From Octopus vulgaris (Eukaryota): a DNA stretch of 64,000 nt. Below the pieces are notes generated by a model. The model ran no database searches and had not been told where the DNA came from. It saw only the letters and a program-made list of their open reading frames with translations. The DNA is taken from positions 28,210,001-28,274,000 of the forward strand of contig OX597836.1 of NCBI GenBank assembly GCA_951406725.2, written 5' to 3'. Made by a program: the position numbers and the translations under genes. Positions within the stretch are counted from its first letter, which is position 1; every line of letters starts with the position of its first letter. Positions 13,085 to 27,295 of the stretch are shown here, piece after piece.

Positions 13085-14461
13085 ATATATATGATAGAGG
13101 GAGATATATCACCGTCAATCCCCTTTTCAACATCCACTTGTTTATTATTGCACGAGGCAGATGGAATTTGCAGAGATGGATTTTTCTACGGCCAGATGCC
13201 CTTCTTGTCACCAACTCTCATCTGTTTCCAAGTAAGGTGATATTTCCTGATGACCAGACATGTTTTACAAGAAGAGTAAACACAAAGGCCATCACTTGTG
13301 TAACAGTGACACTCATTCATAACCATCACATGAAGTAGAAACAGTACTGTATTTTTATTATTATTTTAATTTTATTATAAATGCAGAACAAACCATGGAG
13401 GAATCGACATAAGCTTAAATAATAAACCATGATAGGTGAACCATGATATGGCAAGGGATTACTGTAGATATATATGGGGGCACCAAAACCTTTTAAGTGC
13501 TTAGGTTCTCTATGGGTCTTAATCTGGCCCATGTACTCTGAAAATATGAGGTGAGAGAATACAGAAAAAAAATCAGGAAGGGTGGGTATGTGGTAAGTTT
13601 ATTAGAATGTGAGAGAAGGGCGACAAATGGGCAGAAATGGTTTTAGAAGGAAATGTAATCAATAGAACAAGAGTGGAGGCATGGTCGAAGGTAAATATCA
13701 GAATGGTTGGCAGGGTGAGTGGGTGAAAGGATAAGATTGGTGCAGGAAGGAGTGAAGGTGATTAAATGTCGTACAGGAAGAGAAGAGAGCAGCAGTGTAA
13801 TAAATCTGTAAATTGATCAGAAAATATAGAGATGATGTACAGAGGAGGGGGAGTACATAGGGACGGCTGTTGTAAGTGAGACACAAAAGCAGCAGGAGGC
13901 TGTTGAGGGTAGGTATGACATGTTGATGGGAATATAACAGAAGGTGTTAAAGGTAAGATAATAGCAGTCACAAAATTTATCTCAGAGGAGAGGGGGAGAT
14001 AACAGGTGGCACAGAAAGGAGTGATCAGGGGAAAATAAAGTGGGAAGGGATGATATTGAGAATGAAGACTGGAATCTCTAAGGTAACTCTAAGGAATCTA
14101 AGAAGGTAACTGTTTTGCATTTTACCCAGTAATATATATATATATATATAAAATCAGTTGAGGTGTGTTCTGTTATGAACATATAAGAGTACAAATAAAG
14201 CTCATTCACCCTTAGAATTCCCAAATAGCCAGTAGTATTCTTATGGTATGCTACTAATTCTAGTCTTAGGTATTCCTCGTGTGTGAAAATAAAAAGTAAA
14301 AGGGGATACATATAGATCTTCTTATACAGGTAAATCATTAAATAATTTAATTTAAACTTAACTTTAAATCCTGTATATACAAGGATCTGTATGTATCGAA
14401 ACATTTCTAGTTATTAAAAAGCTGCCTAACTCTTCCTTTTGACTCTTTTACTTTATTTATA

Positions 14462-14546
<85 letters not shown>

Positions 14547-15292
14547 TGGAGGCGCAATGGCCCAGTGGTTAGGGCAGCGGACTCGTGGTCGTAGGATCGC
14601 GGTTTCGATTCCCAGACCGGGCGTTGTGTGTGTTTATTGAGCGAAAACACCTAAAAGCTCCACAAGGCTCCTGCAGGGGGTGGTGATCCCTGCTGTACTC
14701 TTTTACCACTCTTTCTCTCACTCTTTCTTCTGTTGGCCTGCTTGCTTAGCCAGTGGGGTGGCGTCATTCGAAGGCTAAAAACAATGCGAACGCATTGTGA
14801 CCAGCGATGTGTAGCAACATCTGATAGTCTGGTCGGTCACATGATAATATATATATAAAGAAAAAGTAAAATATATACATACATGCACACATAAAGGGTA
14901 ATAAACATATGCCTATTAATAATGTAATTAATACCAAGCAGTTTCATGCAGGCAAGAATCATTAAATTGCATGAATTTTTTAAGATAAAAATTATATTTG
15001 GCTGAGAAGTATGAACAATGCATGTTGTATGTTTGTTAGTTTGTTGGTTTTTCTTTATTCTTTTTCCATTTATTTGTGGTGGGAATTCATGGCATACAGG
15101 TTAGGGCACTGGGTTCCAACCTGGGGTCCACAAACCCCTGGTGGTTCACAAAGGTAGTACTGGGGTCCATGAACTAAATTCAAAATTTCATATATACACA
15201 TATATATAGGGAGAATTCACAAAAAAGACGAAGACAGGTGGTGTAGAAAACAAACAGATGTATTAGTATAACGCTCGGAAATTGAAAAAGGT

Positions 15293-15328
15293 CTTTTATG
15301 TTTCGAGCCTATGCTCTTCCACAGAAAG
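15293..15328 (-). ncRNA. Degenerate minimal hammerhead in a short TA-embedded element (~15208-15395)
   Basis: Minus strand: CUUU-CUGUGGA-A-GAGC(auag)GCUC-GAAAC-AUA-AAAG. Stems I and II pair; the core deviates from consensus. Confidence 0.55.
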
Positions 15329-15391
15329 GAACGCAGAAAGAAACAAGAGAGAAATAAAATGTGTGTAGTGGCTACTGATCTATCATGGCAA

Positions 15392-15446
<55 letters not shown>

Positions 15447-15451
15447 CATAG

Positions 15452-15910
15452 TCCTCCAGGCAATTGCCCTAGCAGTTGAGGGAACCCGTGGAAGAGGTAG
15501 ACCCAGGAAAACCTGGGACGAAGTGGTGAAGCATGACCTTCGGACGTTAGGTCTCACCATGGAAATGACTAGAGACCGAGACCTATGGAAGTATGCTGTG
15601 CGTGAGAAGACCCGGCAAGACTAGTGAAGCCATAATCCGTGGCCCCTCAGTGCCGGTGGCACATAAGAAAACCATCCGAACGTGATCGTAGCCAGTACCG
15701 CAACGACTGGCCTCCGTGCTGAGGGCACGTAACAAACACCATCCGAGCGTGGCAGTCCGTCAGCCCCGTCTGGCACCTGTGTCGGTGGCACATAAAAAAC
15801 ACCATCCGAGCGTGGCCGTCTGCCAGCCTCGTCTGGCATGTGTCGGTGGCACATAAAATCTCAAGATTAATCAGTTGAAAGCGGACGTTAAACGATGATG
15901 ATGATGATGA
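15452..15910 (+). mobile_element. 3' end of an RTE-clade LINE with repetitive 3' UTR and (GAT)n tail
   Basis: The frame VEGTRGRGRPRKTWDEVVKHDLRTLGLTMEMTRDRDLWK...* is an RTE ORF C-terminus. It is followed by gtgccggtggcac-type subrepeats and aaagcggacgttaaacgatgatgat. Confidence 0.85.
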
Positions 15911-18401
15911 TATATAATCTCAAGATTAATCAGCCGAAATTGCTAGGATGATCCGGTTCTTGACTGAAGATTGAAGGCTTCGAATGTCCCGTCTGTGTTT
16001 TTTGTATCGTCTTCTAAATGTTTTACATTCTTGTCCCAGTTTGTATTTTTCTACATATAATATATATATATATATATATAATCATATATATATATATATC
16101 CACTACATACAGAGGACTGGTGAACCAGTTGGCTGCACTAGGCTCCAATCTTGATCTGGCAGAGTTTTTACAGCTGGATGCCCTTCCTAACGCCAACCAA
16201 CAGACACATAAGGATAAGCATATTAAAAAGGGGCCCATGAGAAAACTCATTTAAATAAAGGGTTGGGAACCACTGGGTTAGGGTGTTGGGACTCATGGTC
16301 ACAAGACTGAGGTTTTGATTTCTCAACTGGGAAATGCATTGAGTTGTTGAGCAAAACACTTCACTTCACATTAACCTAATCTCCGCATCTGGCAAAAATA
16401 GGTTATCCTGCAACAGACTGGCACCCCATCCAGTGAGGAGTATAACCACCAGAAAAATCCAGAAAACTGGCCCTATGAATCTATATGACTCAGAAAGGAT
16501 CTTTATCCTTTGATTTGTTTGTAACTGTTTGTTGGGATATTTATTTTTTGTACTTTTGTCTCTGGGGTTGGGTTTTGTATTAATTACATTTATATAAAAA
16601 TCAGTGATTTTTGTGTCAGTTCAGCTGGAGGTAGACACGTGTCTGGATGGCCACGTTGTTAGTTGGTGAAACGAGACAACTATCAGGTTTTCGTGATTAG
16701 GTAAAAAGAGACTAATGTAGATATTATTAGATTTGTCATCTGCTGGAATGACAATGAATAAATGTGATGTTTTGGTAAGTGAGCAGCTACGTAACTCTGT
16801 TTATGAAAACAAAAACTCACTTGAGCATAAAGATTTGTATCAATTTAGATCAGGTTAAAAATATTTCAGTTACTAAATGTCCTGACCTGATCTATTCATG
16901 TATAAGAATTGTTGGACGTGTTCATGTGTGAAGATGGTTTTATAGTCACTGGCTGTGAAGTATCTACATTAGAAGTCAAATGTCACAGGGCTACTGTCAT
17001 TGATATCTTCCATTTTAACTTGATTGTAATGCTTCTCACTAACTTTACATTAAACTATTTTGCATTTTACCCAGTATATATATTCTTTTATTCGTTTCAG
17101 TCATTTGACTGTGGCCATGCTGGAGCACTGCCTTTAGTCGAACTAATCAAACCCTGGGACTTATTCTTTGCAAGCCTAGTACTTATTCTATCGATCTCTT
17201 TTGCCGAACTGCTAAGTTACGGGGACGTAAACACACCAGCATCGGTTGTCAGGTGATGGTGGGGGAGGGACAAACACAGACACACAAACATATACATATA
17301 CGACAGGCTTCTATCAGTTTCTGTCTACCAAATCCACTCTCAAGGCTTTGGTCAGCCCAAGGCTTATAGCACATGCCACCAGAACCATGTGGTTGGTAAG
17401 AAAGCTACTTACCAAAGGTGGCGAGATGGCAGAAATGTTAGCATGCTGGGCGAAATGCTTATCGGTATTTCGTTTACTGTTATGTTCTGAGTTCAAATTC
17501 CGCCGAGGTCGACTTTGCCTTTCATCCTTTCAGGGTCGATAAATTAAGTACCAGTTACACACTGGGGTCGATGTAATCGACTTAATCCCTTTGTCTGTCC
17601 TTGTTTGTCCCCTCTGTGTTTAGCCGCTTGTGGGTAGTAAAGAAATAAGAATACCACATTATCAGCTTTGAGAGATCCTCCTCTCATGCAAGCACTATCT
17701 GGGAGAATCTCTCCTGGCTATAATGCAGTCTTCTGTGTTCTAACAAAAATGAATGAGGCCCATGGGCAAAACAAAGCGGTTGAGAAACACTGCTTTAAAC
17801 GAAGGATCTGAAGATAGAAGTTAGCAGTGTCAATCTGACATGTGGGAGGGTGTTTGGCTTGGCTGCCCAGCAGTAATGCAATGAGTAAACCTAATTAATG
17901 TAATTACTTCATACAAACAGGTTAAAAGATGATAACCGTGTATAATCACAGGCATGAAGGTAGAAATAACAGTAGAGTGAAAGAAATTAGAAGTCCCACG
18001 AGGTCAATGAGCAAAAGCTAGATTGATGGATCCTAGGCAGAACATATTGATCTATGGCAAAACTGATATGTTTTGAAGAATCAATGAACGCAGTTACAGC
18101 CTCACTTTGCCAGTTCTAAAAGAAAAGTAGATTATGCTTTTAAGACGGTGTTTTTCAACTATTTTTTACCTACTGACCCCTTTGATTTTCATTTTACTCG
18201 GTTTACTCAGATGGACCCTCTTAGACGCTTTTTATGATTAATTATAATTAGGACCTTAATATGTATATATATATATATATTAAGGCGCAGGAGTGGCTGT
18301 GTGGTAAGTGTCTTCTACTATAGCCTCTGGTCGACCAAAGCCTTGTGAGTGGATTTGGTAGACGGAAACTGAAAGAAGCCCATCGTATGTATGTATATAT
18401 G

Positions 18402-18458
<57 letters not shown>

Positions 18459-18677
18459 ACATATATATACATGTGTGTTTGTGTGTCTGTTTGTCCCCCC
18501 AACATCACTTGACAACCGATGGTGGTGTGTTTATGTCCCTGTAACTTAGCAGTTCGGCAAAAGAAGCCAATAGAATAAGTACTAGGCTTACAAAAGAATA
18601 AGACCTGGGGTTGATATGCTTGACTAAAGGCAGTGCTCCAGCATGGCCACTGTCAAATGACTGAAACAAGTAAAAGA

Positions 18678-20110
<1,433 letters not shown>

Positions 20111-21138
20111 TGAGACCCCTTCGGTCATCACTGACCATGGAATTGTACCTAGAAAGTTACCCTCCCAGGCACAAGTCCAGGTAAAGTTGTTTATGGAAGA
20201 CCAGCAGTCGCCCATGCATACCGGCCTCCCCTCTCCATGCCACCAGTGTTATCCATCGGAAAGCAAAGGCCAATACACCTTGGCACCTGTGACGTCGCAA
20301 CCCATTTCTACAGCTGAGTGAACTGAAGCAACATGAAATAAAGTATCTTACTCAAGAACACAACATACAGCCTGGTCCGGGATTCGAACTCACAACCTCA
20401 CGATCATTAGCTCAATGGTCTAACCACTGAGCCATGTGCCTATACACTACCAAGACTGTGCACTTTAAATTCTTTATTCAAAGTGACCGAGCTGTGTTTG
20501 TATGAATATATAACCTAAGATCTCATGTGTGTACGTGTGTATATCTATGTATACTGTCTACATACCTCTTTATTTGTGTCTGTCTATCTACCTTTCTTTC
20601 TCCATAACCTGCCAGTCTCTCTCTTTCTTCTCTCTTTCTTTCCCTCTTTCATATATACATGTGTGTGTGTCTACTTACCTATCTATCTATCTCTCTCTCT
20701 CTCTACATACATACATATATATACACACACACACACACATATATATACATGTCTACCTATCTATCTATATATCTCTCTCTCTCTCCCAATCTACCTACCT
20801 ATCTATCTACCTATATATCTACCTGTCTACATATCTATTTATCTACCCATTTCTCTATCTAACTACCTGTGTCTCTATTTGTGTCTCCACTTATATACTC
20901 ACCTGCCTGTTTGTCTGAAGTTCTTGACTGTTGAAATAAATGTCTCCACAAATAATTAATGTTTTCTCAATTAATCATAAACTCATTAAGCCAGAAAGTC
21001 ACAAAGTCGGCTAGATAACTTCAATGGAGCCACATTGTAACGCCTTGGTTACTTTATACATTCACACACACACACACAAACATGTGTATATATATATATA
21101 TGCATACACACAAACATATATATATATATACACACACA

Positions 21139-21178
<40 letters not shown>

Positions 21179-22560
21179 TACACACAAACATATATGTATA
21201 TGCATACACACAAACATATATGTATATGCATACACACAAATATATATATATATACATACTCACATATGTACACATTTATACATACACACAAAGACACACA
21301 TGTGTGTATGTATATAGATATATATATTTGTATTATATACAATTTAAGTGGACAATTACAAAGACTTCATTGACGTCATACTTTATGACCTTAAACACGT
21401 TAGGTTAACACACACATACATCCACATTTATTAGTAAGCACTCGTGTGTGTATGTCGACGAGTGTGTGTGTGTATACATACATATACTCATAAATATGCA
21501 AGCACACACACATTAATACATACGCTCATACATGTCCATACAAACCCATATGCTGCTTGTTTTGTTCTTAGTGATAAGTGAATGGTTACAATGACTTCCA
21601 TCGGTTTCTTTTGTATCCTTGTCTTTGACCTCGAGTACATACACACACACACACACACACATACACATGCGTGCATATACAGCTCTTGTACCATCATCAT
21701 CGTTTAACGTTCGTTTTCCATGCTGGCATGGGTTGGACAGTTTGACTGAAGACTGGCAAGCCAAGAGGCCGCACCAGGCTCCAATCTGATCTGGCAATGT
21801 TTCTTATTTCTTTATTGCCCACAAGGGACTAAACATAGAGGGAACAAACAAAGACAGACAAAGGGATTAAGTTGATTACATCGACCCCAGTGCGTAACTG
21901 GTACTTAGTTTATCCACCCCGAAAGGATGAAAGGCAAAGTTGACCTCAGCGGAATTTGAACTCAGAATGCAACAGCAGACAAAATACCAATTTCTTTACT
22001 ACCCTTAAGGGGCTAAACAGAGAGGACAAACAAGGACAGACAAACGGATTAAGTTGATTATATCGACCCCAGTGTGTAACTGGTACTTAATTTATCGACC
22101 CCGAAAGGATGAAAGGCAAAGTTGACTGGGATCAATCTAATCGACTGGCCTCCTCCCCCAAAATTTCCATCCTTGTGCCTAGAGTAGAAAAGATTATTAT
22201 TGTCGTAAGGTGGCAATCTGGCAGAAACGTTAGCACATCAGGTGAAATACTTATGTGTATTTTGTCTGTCTTTACATTCTGAGTTCAAATTCCACCAAGA
22301 TCGACTTTGCCTTTCATCTTTTCGTGGTCAATAAAGTACCAGTTGCATACTGAGGTCGACCTAATCAACTGGTCCCCTCCCCAAAAATTTTGGGCCTTGT
22401 TCCTAGAGTGGAAAAGATTATTATTATTGTATTTGTACATGAATCAAATCAGATAAATCCAATCACAAGGCCAAACATTTTTTATGGGAAGGGGCCCAGT
22501 ACACAGCTGGTATTAAATTTATTGACTCCAAAAGGATGAAAGGCAAAGTTGACTTCAGTG

Positions 22561-23045
22561 GAATTTGAACTCAGAATGTAAAGACAGACAAAATACTGCT
22601 AAGCATTTTGTCCGGTGGACTAACCTTTCTGCCAGCTCGCCACCTTAAACAGAGGTACAATGATCCTATCTACTAAAAGCACAAGGCCTGAAATTTTGAG
22701 GGAGGGGACTAGTTGATAACTTTGACCCCAGTACTTGACTGGTACTTAATTTATTGACCCTGAAAGTCAGCCTCAGCAGAATTTGAACTCAGAATGTAAA
22801 GACAGACAAAATACTGCTAAGCATTTTGTCCGGTGGACTAACCTTTCTGCCAGCTCGCCACCTTAAACAGAGGTACAATGATCCTATCTACTAAAAGCAC
22901 AAGGCCTGAAATTTTGAGGGAGGGGACTAGTTGATAACTTTGACCCCAGTACTTGACTGGTACTTAATTTATTGACCCTGAAAGTCAGCCTCAGCAGAAT
23001 TTGAACTCAGAATGTAAAGACAGACAAAATGCTGCTAAGCATTTT
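22561..23045. repeat. Tandem duplication, 218-bp period, of a SINE B plus flank unit
   Basis: gaatttgaactcagaatgtaaagacag recurs at 22561, 22779 and 22997. The two full units appear identical. Confidence 0.9.
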
Positions 23046-23091
23046 GCCTGGTGTACTTATGATTCTGCCAGCTTGCTGTTTTAGACACAGG

Positions 23092-23560
23092 TATAATAAT
23101 AATAATAATAATAATAATTAATTCTTATATTAGCCGCAAGGGCTGACATATAAAACATTAAAAGACATACAGCATAAAAGACTAAAAACAGGATGAGACA
23201 ATGGATTTTCATGTGTACACAATATAAATAATTAAAAATTAAATAAATTTAACTCTCAATAGGGGAGGCACTTTAAGGTCCTCATGGAAAAACTCACAAA
23301 AGCCATGGGTGCCTGAACAACAGAGCAAGAATCCTTCTCCGTTTTTTCTTTTTTTTTTACAGGTGTACACTCAGAATTGGTCCTTTCACACAGGCCAGCC
23401 TTCCAATATTCGCCCACCTTTGAACAAACTTGCTACAAAGCAACACTTTCCTCTCCACTCTCAACTTCCTTTTCAAGTGAAACTTGAATAAGTTGATGAG
23501 GGCTTGACCAAAGAGGAAAGTGTCTGTCTTTAACCCTTTCAAACGGGTCCACCATACTAT
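23092..23560 (-). mobile_element. 3' fragment of an L1/Tx1-like LINE
   Basis: The minus frame ...GQALINLFKFHLKRKLRVERKVLLCSKFVQRWANI resembles Tx1/L1 ORF2 C-termini. It is followed by a T-rich UTR and an (ATT)n tail. Confidence 0.5.
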
Positions 23561-24244
23561 CTCTTTTGCTACAAACAGGAGTAATAATTATAATAATAAT
23601 AATTATTATTATTATTTCGAAATCGATCAACATCAATGGAAATTGCAGCTGTGATACCAGTGCCGGTGGCACGTAAGCGAACCATCTGAACGTGGCCGTT
23701 GCCAGAGCCGCCCTGACAGGCCTCCGTGCCGGTGGCACATAAAAAGCACTATCCGATTGTGGCCATTGCCAGCCTCGCCTGGCCCCCGTGCTGGTGGCAT
23801 GTAGAAAGCACCATCCAACCGTGGCCGTTTGCCAGCCCCGTCTGGCACCTGTACAGGTAGCATGTAAAAAGCACCCACTACACTCACGGAATGGTTGGCG
23901 TTAGGAAGGGCATCCAACTGTAGAAACATTGCCAGATCAGACTGGGCCTGGTGCAGCCTTCTGGCCTCCCAGACCCCAGTTGAGCCATCCAACCCATGCT
24001 AGCATGGAAAGCGGACGCTAAATGATGATGATGATGATGATTATTATTATTATTATATTTGTACATCAACCAAATCCGAAAAAATCCAATAGTGGAAAAG
24101 TAATGCCTTAAATCAATCCAAAAATGTTTCTATAGTTCATTGGTTTTAACCATGAAGTTTTTCAGGAGGATGTTCAAAGTATCTGCATTGACCCCTGCAC
24201 CCAAGCCTATGTTTCTGACTTCTACCACCATTTATATTTTTCAG

Positions 24245-24421
24245 TGACCCCTACATGGTTAGTATTTACACGGCTGTTTGAAGTTGCTGGGGCAGGGTTC
24301 GGTATCCTGCTCATTGCCATCATGCTGATGTGGTTAGTGTTGCTGGGACCGATGAGGACCAAACATCTTGTAATTGCCAGAAAACTAGGACTGGTATCCT
24401 CCTTCTTGCAAATTATCACAG
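24245..24421 (+). CDS. Internal coding exon of a claudin/PMP22/EMP-like tetraspan membrane protein (TM2 to start of TM3)
   Basis: Pyrimidine tract plus acceptor (tattttTCAG|24245) and donor (ACAG|GTCAGT at 24422). Phase 1-1, 177 bp. Translation xTPTWLVFTRLFEVAGAGFGILLIAIMLMWLVLLGPMRTKHLVIARKLGLVSSFLQIIT resembles the P-x-W-L-x3-R...TM2 exon of invertebrate claudin-like proteins. It joins in frame to 44332. Upstream exon(s) with TM1 and the W-GLW motif were not found in the window. Confidence 0.8.
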
Positions 24422-24868
24422 GTCAGTACCTCTCTCTTTCTCATTTTCTTTCTCCATATATATATAGTAAATAAAATTTTATTTACTAAAATAAGTCAGA
24501 AACGATGGTCCAGGAAAGAAATGGTAAATGTTTTTATTTTTCATTACCTTCGAGATTTTATCCCTAATTAGTGGTTTGGATTTTAGCTATTCTTTCTAGC
24601 GTAAAGGATTCCTATGATGGAAACCTCTTAATGTGTTTAAATGTACACTGTATTCTATATGAATAATATATACTGTATTGACTAATTTTTCTATACGCTA
24701 GGCCACTGGTAGTAAAAATTTCTAAAATCTTTATTACCCTGTTATTATTACTTATATATACATACACACACACACACACATATATATATACATGCATATA
24801 TATATATATATATGCATATATATATATACACACACATACATATGTATATGCATATGCATATATATATG

Positions 24869-24913
<45 letters not shown>

Positions 24914-25130
24914 GTCAGAAATATTAAATTTCTAAATATCTCATAGAGATATGTACGGTGGTGGGGCGATATAATGGTTGTATACTGTCAACTTAACGTG
25001 ACAGTAGGGGATTACACCACTGCTGTTTAGCCCTAGGAAGCATCGACGCTTCCTGTCGGCTTCGACACACTTACTGTGTCCTTATATATTTACGAAGGGG
25101 AGACAAATACCCCCAACAGCTAGGCCTGCA

Positions 25131-25177
25131 TCTAGAGACACGCATGTTTCAGGGTCTTTGCCCATCATCGGTCTAGA
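25131..25177 (-). ncRNA. Minimal type I hammerhead motif in the loop of a 209-bp-arm hairpin
   Basis: Minus strand: UCUAGA-CCGAUGA-U-GGG(caaaga)CCC-U-GAAAC-AUGCGU-GUC^UCUAGA. Confidence 0.7.
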
Positions 25178-25492
25178 GTAGCATAAACCTGCTAGCTGTT
25201 GGGGGTATTTGTCTCCCCTTCGTAAATATATAAGGACACAGTAAGTGTGTCGTAGCCGACAGGAAGCGTCGATGCTTCCTAGGGCTAAACAGCAGTGGTG
25301 TAATCCCCTACTATCATGTTGAGTTGACAGTATACAACCATTATATCACCCCACCACCGTACATATCTCTATGAGATATTTAGAAATTTAATATTTCTGA
25401 TTTTGGTAATCATTGAATATACTTCACTGAAAATTAGATATATATATTTGCGAAATCAAGACAAATATCCGCAGCTAGCAGGTTTATGCTAC

Positions 25493-25539
25493 TCTAGACC
25501 GATGATGGGCAAAGAACCTGAAACATGCATGTCTCTAGA
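25493..25539 (+). ncRNA. Second, inverted copy of the same hammerhead motif
   Basis: UCUAGA-CCGAUGA-UGGGCAAAGAACCU-GAAAC-AUGCAU-GUC^UCUAGA, with palindromic stem III ACAUGCAUGU. Segment 25472-25550 is the reverse complement of ~25120-25198. Confidence 0.65.
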
Positions 25540-25624
25540 TGCAGGCCTAGGATACTCTAACAGCAATTTTTAGTAGTTTGTTATAGTTGACTCAAGTCAG
25601 AAATTCTGGTTATATACATTTATA

Positions 25625-25662
<38 letters not shown>

Positions 25663-26793
25663 TATAGATATATATAAGCTGCTTCTCTAACTAAGAAATA
25701 AATCTCATTGAAATGTAGCAATTTGGATAACATGACAGCACTTGCATATTTTGAAAGTTCTACTTACAATTAAATATTGGGAATTGTGGTTAGCTGGTTG
25801 CATTCTTTGTCTGAAAAGATTAGCTTTTCAAGACAGCTACTTTAAACAGTTAGGATCATAATCAGGTGTGCCAATTTTGAGGTAAAGATTTATGATCCGA
25901 TTCTAGCAGGTTTAAGTTTAATGGTATTGATTTCCTCTATAATCTTTGTTAATTCCCAGGTGTAGAGTTGAACACAAGTTATGTATAAAAGTTCTCTTGA
26001 GTAGCTTCTTCTCATCCAATGTGCTGCTGACCCCTGCAACATGATTCTTGTCTCCTGCAATATCATGTTTCAAAGTATACTATCTTCCTCTCATTTGGAT
26101 GGGAATCTCCTACTGAGATCCCTTCTGTTTTTTTTTCAATGTACTCAACACAGGAGATTATTATATGAAATTTATATAGACTTGGTTATGGCTGTGTCGT
26201 AAGAATTTTGCTTCCCAATCACATGGTTCTGGGTTCAGTCCTGCTGTGTGATACTATAGGCATGTGCCTTCTACTATAGCCCCACTCCTCAACAAAAGAC
26301 AAGATGGTATACAAAACTGCTTTCTGCAGTAAAGGAGAATGGAATTTCAAGTGGATATATCTCATTTCTGCTGTGAAAGGGTTAAAAGTAGATCTGGCCA
26401 ACCGATTTGGAATTCTTTAGTTACCCAAGTCATTATCGGGTGCTGAATGTTTCTGGAGAAGTTTATGGTACTTTGTTTTACCCTTGAGGGTTAATAGTCA
26501 TAAGTGTGACAACAGAATTTGCTTAGCAGGTGGGAACTCAGATCCAACCCAGGAAGTTCAAAGCATTTTCACTGCACCTACAAAAAATTTTAGGGGGTGC
26601 AAGTGCATCTTCTGCACCCCCTGTTCTCAAATCTATGTTAGCAGCTACTGTACGAGTAATTCTCAAAGTTTGTATGAAAGGGTTTAAAACTTCTTCAGTT
26701 TTTCTACCTCTGAGAAATATTGATGCCTATTGTGGCCAATGTCGGCCAAGTGAAATCACAGTCATGACTGATACCAGTGCTGTCAGATTGGCA

Positions 26794-27295
26794 CCCATGC
26801 CAGTGGCACATAAAAAGCACCGTTCACATGTTAGGCCTCATGGAGGCAGTGACAGGTGACCAAGACCTTTGGTGATATACCATGCTTGAGAATATCTGTC
26901 AAACCAAGTGAGATCGTAGTCATGGCCAATGCCAGTGTCACCTCAGTGGAACCCATGCCAGTGGCACATAAAAAGCACCATTCACATGTTGGACCTCATG
27001 GAGGCAGTGACAGGTGACCAAGACCTTTGGTGATGTACCATGCTTGAGAATATCTGTCAAACCAAGTTAGATCGTAGTCATGGCCAATGCCGGTGTCACC
27101 TCAGTGGAACCCATGCCAGTGGCACATAAAAAGCACCGTTCACATGTTGGGCTTCATGGAGGCAGTGACAGGTGACCAAGACCTTTGGTAATATACCATG
27201 CTTGAGAATATCTGTCAAACCAAGTAAGATCATAGTCATGGCCAATGCCAGTGTCACGTCAGTGGAACCCATGCCAGTGACATATAAAAGCACTC
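26794..27295 (+). repeat. 158-bp tandem repeat (about 3.2 copies) inside an RTE-tail element
   Basis: cccatgccagtg recurs at 26794, 26952, 27110 and 27268. Confidence 0.9.

Larger units (their letters stand above)
24911..25615. mobile_element. Fold-back element with 209-bp inverted arms and two hammerheads, inserted in (TA)n
   Basis: Arms 24915-25123 and 25192-25400 are reverse complements with about 5 mismatches around a 68-nt loop. (TA)n lies on both sides. Confidence 0.9.

Noticed and set aside
13540-14080. Purine-rich tract with short minus-strand ORFs
   Set aside because: Possibly an old retroelement, but no diagnostic motif could be read.
14546-14620. tRNA-like sequences (also 32595-32669, 51899-51970, 60396-60470)
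   Set aside because: SINE heads: they continue into SINE bodies and lack a proper acceptor stem and terminator.
26794-27295. Regularly spaced repeats resembling a CRISPR array (also 5760-6020, 10705-11030, 30920-31280)
   Set aside because: Whole units are repeated with no unique spacers. They are internal to a retroelement 3' UTR in eukaryotic DNA, and no cas genes are present.
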